Shown: positions 8,790 through 18,023 of the stretch, one piece after another
Layout of the letters: each line of letters begins with the position of its first letter
Numbering within the stretch: position 1 is the first letter of the stretch
Source: a virus
DNA: 64,000 bases
Direction: 5' to 3' (one strand)
Virus record (IMG/VR): IMGVR_UViG_3300023174_003154
Coordinates: 12,140 to 76,139 of that record
Notes under the pieces: generated by a model
Told to the model about the DNA's origin: nothing
The model's database searches: none
The model's input: only the letters and a program-made list of their open reading frames with translations
Translations under genes and position numbers: made by a program

Positions 8790-9020
8790 TTAAAAGAATG
8801 GCAATTTCGTATTCTTTGTAGTTTCTAAGTTACTTTCAATAATAGCAGTTATGGCATTTCTTTCGTCATTGCTCATATTGAGTATATCCTCATAGGATGC
8901 TCCTCCCCTCATATACCATGACATTTTAAGTGCTCCTTTTCTTATATCAGAGCACTCCTGTTCCATACCATCTATCATTCGCTTAATCCCCTCGGAACCA
9001 AGGAGAAGAAGCCTTAGTCG
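8790..9020 (-). CDS. Small tail/baseplate assembly ORF (gp51-like); probably the -1 frameshift extension of the upstream gene
   Basis: The frame is open from the slippery site at 9026-9020 through the ATG at 8978 to the stop at 8790; WYMRGG.SYEDILNMS..ER motif. Confidence 0.65.
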   Translation of the reverse strand, partial: RLRLLLLGSEGIKRMIDGMEQECSDIRKGALKMSWYMRGGASYEDILNMSNDERNAITAIIESNLETTKNTKLPFF

Positions 9021-9841
9021 AAAAAATCAGATATATTGATGTTTAGTGATTGTTGATGTGTGTGACTGCAATGACTACATGTAATATCTAAAGGTTTTAG
9101 TTCCGTTGTTTTACGCAATTCAATATTCTTTTCTTTGATAAAGTTATGAGTATTTTTATCACATTGTTGTAGGAATTCATTTATAAATTCTTTATCAAAA
9201 ACTGTTGCATCTGGGGTTTTGATATACTCAATGGTTTCTATCAACAATTCAGTAGTGAGGTCATTAATGCTTGCTATTAATTGACTTGTTTTTGTATTCT
9301 TTAAATCAACATCTTCAATTCTGTCTATATCCAATAGAGTACGTTGAATCTCAAATTGCTTTTCATTTGCTTTACTAACTTCTTTATACGTCAGAGGTCT
9401 AAATTTAATTTTTAACTCACCTATTGTCACTGGAGTGTTATAGTCACCAGGTGTAAAAGTTCCCAACAATCCTGACAGGTTAACATCAAACTTACTTTCT
9501 TCCTTACATTCTGGACAAGTAGAATCAATCTCCATTAATTGACCATTAGTAGCAATTTTAATAGCAACTAATATTGGATCTAAATCAATGTTCAGTAATT
9601 CCCAGGGTCTTTTGATTGATGGAACACAACTTTTGATGATTTCTGTTACTGCTACCCCATTGAAAAGTGCATCAGGAGTTCTGCTTGTTATCTCATCAAT
9701 AGCAGACATTGGGTATATTGGTAATTCTCCGCTCTCGGGGAATTCAATAGCACCTTCACTATATCCTACACCCCCGCTTGGTAGTTTTAAATACAATGCT
9801 GGGCGGCGAAAGAATTGTCGTAATGGATTATCTTGAGTCAT
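9014..9841 (-). CDS. gp26: Baseplate hub assembly protein/tail chaperone
   Basis: YLKLPSGG, PM.A.DE, D.D.IL.AI.IAT, CPEC and CSHC pairs, C-terminal DFFD. Confidence 0.75.
   Translation of the reverse strand: MTQDNPLRQFFRRPALYLKLPSGGVGYSEGAIEFPESGELPIYPMSAIDEITSRTPDALFNGVAVTEIIKSCVPSIKRPWELLNIDLDPILVAIKIATNGQLMEIDSTCPECKEESKFDVNLSGLLGTFTPGDYNTPVTIGELKIKFRPLTYKEVSKANEKQFEIQRTLLDIDRIEDVDLKNTKTSQLIASINDLTTELLIETIEYIKTPDATVFDKEFINEFLQQCDKNTHNFIKEKNIELRKTTELKPLDITCSHCSHTHQQSLNINISDFFD
9020..9026 (-). other. Candidate programmed -1 ribosomal frameshift heptamer T TTT TTC
   Basis: GAT TTT TTC GAC TAA; the -1 frame opens exactly here (preceded by TGA) and runs into ORF 8978-8790. Confidence 0.7.
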
Positions 9842-9875
9842 TTGGGTTCCTAAAAAAATGGTAAGATTATGAATA

Positions 9876-9906
9876 CTAAATACAATTAGTACCGAAAGTA
9901 TTTATA
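9876..9906. promoter_or_regulatory. Overlapping late promoters for the divergent gp26 and tape-measure genes
   Basis: CTAAATA on plus (9876-82); perfect TATAAATA on minus (9899-9906). Confidence 0.65.
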
Positions 9907-9916
9907 ACTCAAAAAT

Positions 9917-12676
9917 ATGGCTACAAATAATCCAATGACACAAGAGCAAATGGAACAGTTTGCTCAATCGCTAGCAAGATTAGCGTCCCAGGTTGACACT
10001 ACCCGTCAAGGATTCGGTCCCTTTGCCGATGCACAGCGTGAGGCAGGTGATGAGTTAAAGAACGGAATGAAGCAGGCTGCACAGCAGTTAGGTAATTCAG
10101 TTGTTAGTTTAACTAAAGCAATGGATCCACTTAGTGGGCAACAGGGTCTAGGAAAGTTTTCAGGAGCAGTTTCAGGCGCTGCCGACGCTGCAGGTACAGC
10201 GGCTCAAACAATGCTTGCGTCATTTGGGCCTTTGGGATTAGTAGTTGGTACAGTCATAAAATTATTTGGCCAGTTAGCAGGAGCTAGCTTAAAGCAAAAT
10301 GATGTAATGATGAAAGCATACAGGGATCTGGCTGAAACAGGTTCTGTTAGTGGTAGTTTAGAAAAACTTAATACTGATTTACATAGAGTAGGATTAACAT
10401 CTGGGGAAGCTGAAAAGTTTGGTCAGATGATTGGAAAAGTAACACCAGACCTTGCGGCTTTTGGTGGTAGTGTTACTGCTGGTAAAGATAAGTTTATCAA
10501 AGTATTTGAGGGAATGATTGGTGTCGGTAGCAAAACCGAAATGCAATTAAATCGTTTAGGGTATAGTACTGACACGATGCGTGAAGCAACTGCCGATTAT
10601 ATTGCAAGACAGTCAAGGTTAGGATTAACACAAGGTAAAACTACTGAACAGTTACGCGGTGAATCTGTAAACTACATGAAAACTCTGCGTGAGTTACAAG
10701 AAGTTACAGGTATGAGTCGTGACGAAGCACAAAAGATACTAGACCAACAGCAGAAAGACGCACGTTGGGCAATGACATTACGTGAGATTGAAGCTACTCA
10801 AGGACACGAAGCTGCCGAAAGAGCAAGAATGGGTATGGCTGCGTTCTCTCAAACTTTCGGTTCAGAAGCTGCCGCTGATTTGATGGAACAAGTTGCTAAT
10901 AAGGGTGCAATTGTTGGTGAAGCTAGCGCACGTAGCGAAAGAGCAACATTAGGTCAGGGGTATAAACAACTGCAAGCTGTTATTGATGGTCAAATTACAT
11001 CAGGTCAAATGGTTGTTGGTGTAAGTCAAGCAGTATCGAGAAATATGGATGCGCTTGGCCCAGCTTATAAAATTTCAGGTGATGGCCTGAAAGATATGAC
11101 AGGTTCTATGGGATTGGTTACCGGAGCATATGCTAATGCTAACAAGAAGTACGAAGATGTAAACAAAACATTAGGAGACAAGACAAAAATAGCCGGTGAT
11201 AGACTGCAAGAAAACGTTGAAATTGAACAAAAACAAAGAGTTATGCGTATAGCGGCTGATAAAGCTATATGGGAAATAGGTAACGTAACTGTTGGCATGT
11301 TCCAAAAGTTAAATGATATCATGTTTAAGTTTGCTAAAACTCTAGCAAAATTAGTTGATTGGGTAATGGATAAAGTCTTTAATAAGAAAACTAATTATGC
11401 TGACATGTTCAAAGACCAAGATGATTTTAAACAGGATCAAACAGCCGCACTAAAAGATAAGGCTGCGACCGAGGAAGAAATTGCTAGGGTTAAAAAACAG
11501 TATGCAGAACTTGAAGGTGATGCTACAGGTAAAATATTTGAATCTAAATTGGCAGCACTTAAGAAAACTGTAGCTGAAACTAATAATTACCAAGACGTTG
11601 AAGGTAATGTACAAGACTCTGCAATGATGGAGAAAAATTTAATTGCTAGACAAGAAGTTGCACGATTAGAAGAATTAAAGAAACAAGCAGTCAAACAAGA
11701 TGGCACAATTGACTTACAAAAATTAAATGCTTTAAAACAACAAAAATTACAAGCATTACAAGAACAGATTGCAAAAGAAGATTTAAGACTACAAGAAGCT
11801 GAGAAAAAATTAAAGAATTTTCAAGCTGAAGGTGGTGCTGGTAATGCTACATTAGAGGAAGCAAGACAACGAACTTCAAGTGCGTCAAAAGGAACAGCCT
11901 TTACTACTGATGAAAAAGGTAATCAAGTATCACAACAGAAATTTGAACAACGTTCAGGGGCACAAGCTAACTTAGCCGCCCGAGCAGCCTCAGTGGATTC
12001 TTCTGAAATTTTAAACAAACTTAATTTTAAAAATAAAGGAGAAAATACAGGAGGCGGAGAAGCAGATCCTAAGTTACTTGCATTAGCTGAAATGGTACAA
12101 AAAGAATTTCCAGGTGCAACATTTACTGCATTGAACGATGCATTCCATAAAAATAATAGACCAAATAGTAAGCACACGGTAGGAAGAGCATTAGATTTCG
12201 TTCCCGGCAAACCACCGAAGAGTGTTGATGAAGCGGCACTAATGAAAGAAAAGTTAAAAGATTTAGGTGCTAATGTAGTTAGAGATGAGTTCTTTGCTGA
12301 CAAAGGTGATAGTACTACTGGTGGACATTTTCACTTAGAAGTTGCTAGAGAAGGTGGGCTGTTTACTGGTCCAACATCAGGTTATCCAGTTGAATTGCAT
12401 GGTAAAAATGAAAGTGTTTGGCCTGAACCAAAATTACAAGGTCTACTAAAAGAGGTAGAGAAGTCAAGTATTGAAAAATACAAACAAGAACTGATGGATC
12501 AAATGGGTTTATCAGATTATAACAAATCTAACCAAACTACAAGTTCATCTAGTAGTGATCCTAAGCAAATGGAAGATTTGTTCAATCGGATGATTACTAA
12601 ATTTGATACATTAATAGCATTACAAGACAAGTCTAATAACATATCTGATGAATTATTAACCTATACACGGGCTTAA
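9917..12676 (+). CDS. Tape-measure-like tail protein with a C-terminal peptidase M15-like domain
   Basis: Long Ala/Gly/Gln/Lys helical protein; SKHTVGRALD...GHFH zinc peptidase motif; GG.F.GP.SGY..ELHG.E motif. Confidence 0.7.
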   Translation: MATNNPMTQEQMEQFAQSLARLASQVDTTRQGFGPFADAQREAGDELKNGMKQAAQQLGNSVVSLTKAMDPLSGQQGLGKFSGAVSGAADAAGTAAQTMLASFGPLGLVVGTVIKLFGQLAGASLKQNDVMMKAYRDLAETGSVSGSLEKLNTDLHRVGLTSGEAEKFGQMIGKVTPDLAAFGGSVTAGKDKFIKVFEGMIGVGSKTEMQLNRLGYSTDTMREATADYIARQSRLGLTQGKTTEQLRGESVNYMKTLRELQEVTGMSRDEAQKILDQQQKDARWAMTLREIEATQGHEAAERARMGMAAFSQTFGSEAAADLMEQVANKGAIVGEASARSERATLGQGYKQLQAVIDGQITSGQMVVGVSQAVSRNMDALGPAYKISGDGLKDMTGSMGLVTGAYANANKKYEDVNKTLGDKTKIAGDRLQENVEIEQKQRVMRIAADKAIWEIGNVTVGMFQKLNDIMFKFAKTLAKLVDWVMDKVFNKKTNYADMFKDQDDFKQDQTAALKDKAATEEEIARVKKQYAELEGDATGKIFESKLAALKKTVAETNNYQDVEGNVQDSAMMEKNLIARQEVARLEELKKQAVKQDGTIDLQKLNALKQQKLQALQEQIAKEDLRLQEAEKKLKNFQAEGGAGNATLEEARQRTSSASKGTAFTTDEKGNQVSQQKFEQRSGAQANLAARAASVDSSEILNKLNFKNKGENTGGGEADPKLLALAEMVQKEFPGATFTALNDAFHKNNRPNSKHTVGRALDFVPGKPPKSVDEAALMKEKLKDLGANVVRDEFFADKGDSTTGGHFHLEVAREGGLFTGPTSGYPVELHGKNESVWPEPKLQGLLKEVEKSSIEKYKQELMDQMGLSDYNKSNQTTSSSSSDPKQMEDLFNRMITKFDTLIALQDKSNNISDELLTYTRA

Positions 12677-12677
12677 T

Positions 12678-12685
12678 GATAAATA
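12678..12685 (+). promoter_or_regulatory. Late promoter GATAAATA (portal)
   Basis: Ends 7 nt before the ATG at 12693. Confidence 0.65.
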
Positions 12686-12692
12686 TATAACT

Positions 12693-14456
12693 ATGTCATA
12701 TAAAAAGCGTTTCCAAGCCCCAAATCTAACCGGTGCAGTCAGTCCTATCTCAGGTGCAAACAGTAATCGTGGTGCCTGGAATAGTCAAGTAACCCCATCA
12801 GGTGGTTATAACAATACAGACTTTGGTTATAAGAACTATCAAAGTCGTTTACCAGAAGTTTATACTGGTCATCCAAATCGTGTTGAACGATATAATCAAT
12901 ATGAAATGATGGATGTAGATGCTGAAATCAATGCATGTTTAGACATTATTGCTGAGTTCAGTACACAGAAAAACGAACAGAATAATACACCTTTTGAGAT
13001 AGAATTCTCAGAAGATCCAACCCCCCATGAAGTTGAATTGATTAAAAAGCAATTACAGCAATGGTGTAAACTCAATGAGTTTGATACTAGGTCATTCAAA
13101 ATCTTCCGTAATACTATCAAGTACGGGGATCAGGTTTTTGTACGTGATCCAGAAAACTTCAAGTTATATTGGGTTGACATGACTAAAGTTACTAAAGTCA
13201 TTGTTAACGAAAGCGAAGGTAAAGCACCAGAGCAATACGTTATCAAAGATATTAACGTTAACTTACAGAATCTAAGTATTGCTGAAAAGACAACAACAGA
13301 CTTTATGACACCTCAGGGCCCTGGTGGATATCAAGGTACCTCAAACTACAGCGTACCAAACGGTGGTAGCGGTAATAGTGGTAGTCGTTTTACATTGGGT
13401 ATGAACGAAGCAGCCATTGATGCAAAGCATGTTGTTCATCTAAGTTTAACAGAAGGTCTAGACCGTTATTGGCCTTTTGGACAAAGTATCTTAGAAAACA
13501 TTTTCAAAGTCTATAAGCAGAAAGAATTGCTTGAAGATGCTATTCTTATCTATCGTGTACAACGTGCACCAGAACGTAGAGTCTTTAAGATTGACGTTGG
13601 TAACATGCCAAGTCATATGGCTATGGCATTCGTTGACCGCATTAAAAATGAAATTCATCAACGTAGAATTCCAAGCGTAAGTGGTGGACAAAGCGTAATG
13701 GATGCAACATATAATCCATTGTCAATGAACGAAGATTACTTCTTTCCAGTCACAGCAGATGGTCGTGGTAGTGATGTAACTACATTACCCGGTGGTGATA
13801 ACTTAGGTCAAATTGATGACTTGCGTTATTTCAACAACAGATTAGCACGTGGATTACGTGTTCCAAGTTCATACTTACCTCAAGGTCCAGAAGACAGTCC
13901 TACTCCATTAGCTGATGGTAGAGTTGGAACTGCTATGATTCAAGAGTTCCGTTTTAATCAATATTGTGAACGATTACAGAAGTACATTAGCCAAAAGTTC
14001 AATGACGAATTCAAACTATTCATGCGTTGGAGAGGCTTCAATATTGATTCAAGTTTATTTGATATCAAGTTTAATGCACCGCAAAACTTTGCCGCTTATC
14101 GTCAAAGTGAATTAGATACATCACGTGTAACAGTATTTCAAACAATGGAAGCATTTCCTTATATTAGTAAACGTTTTGCTATGACACGTTTCTTAGGATT
14201 GACAGAAGAAGAAATCGAAGAAAATCAACGATTGTGGTTTGAAGAACGTGAAGCTCCTGAAGATAATGAAGCTAAAGGTAGTGACTTACGTAGTATCGGT
14301 ATCAGTACTGGCGACTTGGAAACTGATGCAGAAGCAATGGATGAGATTCCGGATGAGAATGCAGAAGAAATGCCAATGGACGATATGGCAGGTGCTCCGG
14401 CAGTAGCGGCTCCTGCAGGCTTAGGTAACGCAGCCGCCCCTCCCCCACCGGTATAA
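12693..14456 (+). CDS. gp20: Portal vertex protein
   Basis: LEDAILIYRVQRAPERRVFKIDVGNMP, EDYFFP, TLPGGDNLGQIDD, LRVPSS motifs of T4 gp20. Confidence 0.95.
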   Translation: MSYKKRFQAPNLTGAVSPISGANSNRGAWNSQVTPSGGYNNTDFGYKNYQSRLPEVYTGHPNRVERYNQYEMMDVDAEINACLDIIAEFSTQKNEQNNTPFEIEFSEDPTPHEVELIKKQLQQWCKLNEFDTRSFKIFRNTIKYGDQVFVRDPENFKLYWVDMTKVTKVIVNESEGKAPEQYVIKDINVNLQNLSIAEKTTTDFMTPQGPGGYQGTSNYSVPNGGSGNSGSRFTLGMNEAAIDAKHVVHLSLTEGLDRYWPFGQSILENIFKVYKQKELLEDAILIYRVQRAPERRVFKIDVGNMPSHMAMAFVDRIKNEIHQRRIPSVSGGQSVMDATYNPLSMNEDYFFPVTADGRGSDVTTLPGGDNLGQIDDLRYFNNRLARGLRVPSSYLPQGPEDSPTPLADGRVGTAMIQEFRFNQYCERLQKYISQKFNDEFKLFMRWRGFNIDSSLFDIKFNAPQNFAAYRQSELDTSRVTVFQTMEAFPYISKRFAMTRFLGLTEEEIEENQRLWFEEREAPEDNEAKGSDLRSIGISTGDLETDAEAMDEIPDENAEEMPMDDMAGAPAVAAPAGLGNAAAPPPPV

Positions 14457-14465
14457 AGAGTAATA

Positions 14466-15047
14466 ATGCACTCATCAGCTAAAGAAAGTGGTAAACAGTT
14501 TTTTGAAATATATTGCAAATCATTCCCAGAAGATAATTTAAAAATTGTTGAAGTTGGATCACAGAATGTTAACGGTAGTTTAAAAGAAGTTGCACCAACA
14601 AGATTTCAATATATAGGATTAGACTTTGCAAAAGCAAACGGTGTAGATATTGTATTGGAAGACGCTTATTCATTCCCATTAGAAGATAATTCAGTAGACA
14701 TAGTAGTCTCAAGTTCTTGTTTTGAACATGCTGATATGTTTTGGCTAACTTACTTAGAGATAATGAGAATTCTAAAGCCAAAAGGTATATTCTACTTGAA
14801 TGCTCCTACTAAAGGACCACATCATAGATACCCTGTTGACTGTTGGAGATTCTACCCAGATGCAGGTAAAGCACTTACTAATTGGGGAAAAAGAAACAAT
14901 TATAATAACATCTTATTAGAATCGTATATATATAACGCTGATACTTGGGGTGATTTTGTAGGAGTTTTCTTAAAAGATGAGTCATATAAACATGAGTTCA
15001 CTACAAGAATTATTGATACTAAACAGAATATAAATCATAAGAGATAA
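14466..15047 (+). CDS. Class I SAM-dependent methyltransferase
   Basis: IVEVGS, YIGLD, DIVVSSSCFEH, RILKPKG, YPVDCWRF. Confidence 0.85.
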   Translation: MHSSAKESGKQFFEIYCKSFPEDNLKIVEVGSQNVNGSLKEVAPTRFQYIGLDFAKANGVDIVLEDAYSFPLEDNSVDIVVSSSCFEHADMFWLTYLEIMRILKPKGIFYLNAPTKGPHHRYPVDCWRFYPDAGKALTNWGKRNNYNNILLESYIYNADTWGDFVGVFLKDESYKHEFTTRIIDTKQNINHKR

Positions 15048-15050
15048 ATA
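15043..15050 (+). promoter_or_regulatory. Late promoter GATAAATA
   Basis: Ends 5 nt before the ATG at 15056. Confidence 0.6.
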
Positions 15051-15055
15051 TTAGT

Positions 15056-15283
15056 ATGAGATTAATGGAAATGTTTGATTCACCCGTTCAAGGGTTTCAA
15101 GATGTTGAGAAAGACAGCAGTAGACCTAAGTGGAAACAATTCCGTAAAAGTAAATTAACTTTACGCCAAATTCGCAAATTACGTAAGATGAATGATGTAC
15201 GTAACTATGAAAAAAATCAAAACTTAAAGAAAATTCGTAAACAATATCAACCGGCACCAGCGGAAGGTGCACCGGCAATGTAA
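15056..15283 (+). CDS. Small basic head-module protein
   Basis: RK.KLTL.QI.KLRKM motif; lies between portal and core genes. Confidence 0.7.
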   Translation: MRLMEMFDSPVQGFQDVEKDSSRPKWKQFRKSKLTLRQIRKLRKMNDVRNYEKNQNLKKIRKQYQPAPAEGAPAM

Positions 15284-15312
15284 CAATATTGACATAAAAT
15301 TAAGAAAAACGC

Positions 15313-15342
15313 AAAAAATGAGCACTTATTGTGCTCTTTTTT
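15313..15342 (+). terminator. Intrinsic terminator
   Basis: GAGCAC-ttatt-GTGCTC-TTTTTT, with an upstream A tract. Confidence 0.8.
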
Positions 15343-15392
15343 ATGATACTTGCTAAGTATATAACAAGCCATTAATCTATAGGAGACCAACA

Positions 15393-16232
15393 ATGGACAA
15401 TAGAAAATTTGAACAACTTATTGATTTGATTATCAATGAGAACGAAGAACAAGCTAAAGCATTGTTTCATGATATCGTAGTTGAAAAAAGCCGCGAAATC
15501 TATGAATCAATGATGGATGAAGAAAATTTAGAAGAATCTGAAGATGACGAATCTAAAGACGCAGATAAAGAACCTGTTGAAGAAGGTTTTGATGAAGTTG
15601 GCGGTATGCTAGACGAAATCGATGCTGAAGAACATGGTATGATGGAAGAAGAAGATGAATTTGCTGATATCGATGTTGATGCAGAAGATGACGGCGAAGC
15701 TCCAGAAGGTGACTTAGAAGACCGCGTAGTCGAACTAGAAGATAAACTAGACGAACTAATGGCTGAGTTTGAAGAACTAATGGCCGGTGAAGAAGGTGAA
15801 GAGCACATGGGCGGTGACGAAGAAGGTATGGGCGATGAAGAAGGCTCAGAAGATTTCGGCGGCGAAGAAGGTATGGATGACGAAGATGCAATGATGGAAT
15901 CTACAAACCTAATCGCTGTTAAGAACCCAGTACATGGTGATAACGGTACAAACACAAAAAGCCCAGTAAGCAGTGGACCAAAAGTTCCTGGTAACGGTGC
16001 AAAAGCTGTTTCAATGGGCGGCGGTGAGTCAGGTGGTAAGGGTGGTACACAAGGTGGACTATTAAACCCAGCTACTAAAGATGTTAAGGGTGCAGGATCA
16101 TTTAAAAATGCTCCAGGACAAAAAGGTCAAGACTTGTCAGCAGCCCCAAAGCCAACACACGGTGACAACGGTGTAAACACTAAGTCAATCGTTGGTGAGT
16201 CTAAAAAGACTGTTAAGAAAATTGTTAAGTAA
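15393..16232 (+). CDS. Acidic prohead core/scaffold-like protein
   Basis: Very Glu/Asp-rich; AGGAG RBS; directly upstream of gp21; HGDNG.NTKS occurs twice. Confidence 0.65.
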   Translation: MDNRKFEQLIDLIINENEEQAKALFHDIVVEKSREIYESMMDEENLEESEDDESKDADKEPVEEGFDEVGGMLDEIDAEEHGMMEEEDEFADIDVDAEDDGEAPEGDLEDRVVELEDKLDELMAEFEELMAGEEGEEHMGGDEEGMGDEEGSEDFGGEEGMDDEDAMMESTNLIAVKNPVHGDNGTNTKSPVSSGPKVPGNGAKAVSMGGGESGGKGGTQGGLLNPATKDVKGAGSFKNAPGQKGQDLSAAPKPTHGDNGVNTKSIVGESKKTVKKIVK

Positions 16233-16246
16233 GAATACCTAAGATA

Positions 16247-16891
16247 ATGGCTTTGTATCTTAAAGAACACCTAACTTTCGACCGTGCTAGCATGGTAGTA
16301 GAAAGTACCGGTGAAGGTAGTTTGAAGTCTCTTTATATGAAAGGGATCTTCATTCAGGGTGGGGTCAGAAACGCCAATGAGCGTGTCTACCCCGTGTCTG
16401 AAATTGAAACTGCTGTAGAAACTTTGAACAAACAAATTACTGAAGGGTATTCAGTTCTAGGTGAAGTAGATCACCCAGACGATTTGAAAATCAATTTAGA
16501 CCGTGTATCACATATGATTAGTTCTATGTGGATGGATGGAGCAAATGGATTTGGCAAATTAAAGATTCTACCAACTCCAATGGGACAGTTAGTATCTACA
16601 ATGTTGGAGAGTGGTGTTAAACTAGGCGTAAGTAGCAGAGGTAGCGGTAACGTTAATGATGCTAATGGCCATGTTAGTGACTTTGAAATAGTCACTGTCG
16701 ATATTGTCGCACAACCAAGCGCACCTAATGCATATCCCAAAGCAATTTATGAAGGCATGATGAACATGAAGCATGGACATAAAATGTTAGGTATTGCACA
16801 GGACGCCCAGAGTGACAAAAAAGTACAGAGATACCTGAAAGATGAAGTGGTTCGTCTTATCAAGGATCTCAAAATCAATAAAGGGGAATAA
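16247..16891 (+). CDS. gp21: Prohead core protease
   Basis: GIFIQ...N.N.RVYP, GEVDHP, VSH, GVSSRG.G, D.VAQPSAPNAY. Confidence 0.95.
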   Translation: MALYLKEHLTFDRASMVVESTGEGSLKSLYMKGIFIQGGVRNANERVYPVSEIETAVETLNKQITEGYSVLGEVDHPDDLKINLDRVSHMISSMWMDGANGFGKLKILPTPMGQLVSTMLESGVKLGVSSRGSGNVNDANGHVSDFEIVTVDIVAQPSAPNAYPKAIYEGMMNMKHGHKMLGIAQDAQSDKKVQRYLKDEVVRLIKDLKINKGE

Positions 16892-16893
16892 GC

Positions 16894-17991
16894 ATGTTAG
16901 ATGCTATCAAACCATTACTTGAATCTGGAATCATCAACGAAGAAACTAGCATCGCCATAAACGAAGCATGGAAATCAAAGTTGAATGAAGCCAAAGAGCA
17001 AGTACGTGCAGAATTGAGAGAAGAATTTGCACAACGTTATGAACACGATAAGAACGTAATGGTCGAAGCCCTAGATAAAATGGTTACAGATGGTCTATCA
17101 GAAGAAATTTCCGAATTTCAACTAGAAAGACAAGCAATGAACGAAGACCGCGTTGCCGCTAAACGCAAGCTACATGAAAATGCAGCCAAGTTCAACAATT
17201 TCATGGTTACTAAACTATCCGAAGAAATCAAAGAACTACGCAGTGAGCGCAAACTACAAATGGAAAGTCAGCAAAAGCTAGAACAGTTTATCGTTCATGC
17301 ACTTGCACGTGAAATTAAAGAATTCGCACAAGACAAACAAGCAGTAGTTGAAGCAAAGGTTAAGTTAGTTGCAGAAGGTCGTAAACAACTTGAAGCATTG
17401 AAGGCGAAATTCGTCACAGAAAGTGCTAAGAGAATGAACGAATCTGTAAGCAAGCATCTAAAGGGTGAAATGAGCCAATTGAGAGAAGATATTAAGACCG
17501 CACGTGAAAACGATTTTGGTCGTAAGATTTTCGAATCTTTTGCAAGCGAATTCAGCACAACCTATCTACAGGAAAAAGCTGAGACACGCAAGTTGTACAA
17601 CCAACTAATGCAAAAAGATGCACAGTTAGCCGAATCCATTAAATCAGCCAAAGACGCACAGAAATTGGTTGAAAACAAAGAACGTGAAATTCGTATTATC
17701 AAAGAATCCACAAGCCGTCAAAAAACTATGGATGAATTGCTAGGAACTCTAAATGAGGAAAAAGCAACTATAATGCGTGATTTACTAGAGAGCGTCCAGA
17801 CACCTCGTCTACAGGCCGCATTTGAAAAGTATCTACCAGCAGTTCTAAATAACATCAATGAAAGAAAAGAAAATAAAAAATCTGTTCTATCAGAAAGTGT
17901 TAAAGAAGTTACTGGTGATAAATCTGTTAAACAAGCTGAAGTTGAGCCGCGTGATAACGTGATCGACCTAAGACGTTTGGCAGGGCTTTAA
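16894..17991 (+). CDS. gp22: Prohead scaffolding protein
   Basis: Long coiled coil between gp21 and gp23; KIFESF motif. Confidence 0.8.
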   Translation: MLDAIKPLLESGIINEETSIAINEAWKSKLNEAKEQVRAELREEFAQRYEHDKNVMVEALDKMVTDGLSEEISEFQLERQAMNEDRVAAKRKLHENAAKFNNFMVTKLSEEIKELRSERKLQMESQQKLEQFIVHALAREIKEFAQDKQAVVEAKVKLVAEGRKQLEALKAKFVTESAKRMNESVSKHLKGEMSQLREDIKTARENDFGRKIFESFASEFSTTYLQEKAETRKLYNQLMQKDAQLAESIKSAKDAQKLVENKEREIRIIKESTSRQKTMDELLGTLNEEKATIMRDLLESVQTPRLQAAFEKYLPAVLNNINERKENKKSVLSESVKEVTGDKSVKQAEVEPRDNVIDLRRLAGL

Positions 17992-18023
17992 ATAAAAAAG
18001 ACATAATTTAGGAGAATATAAAA

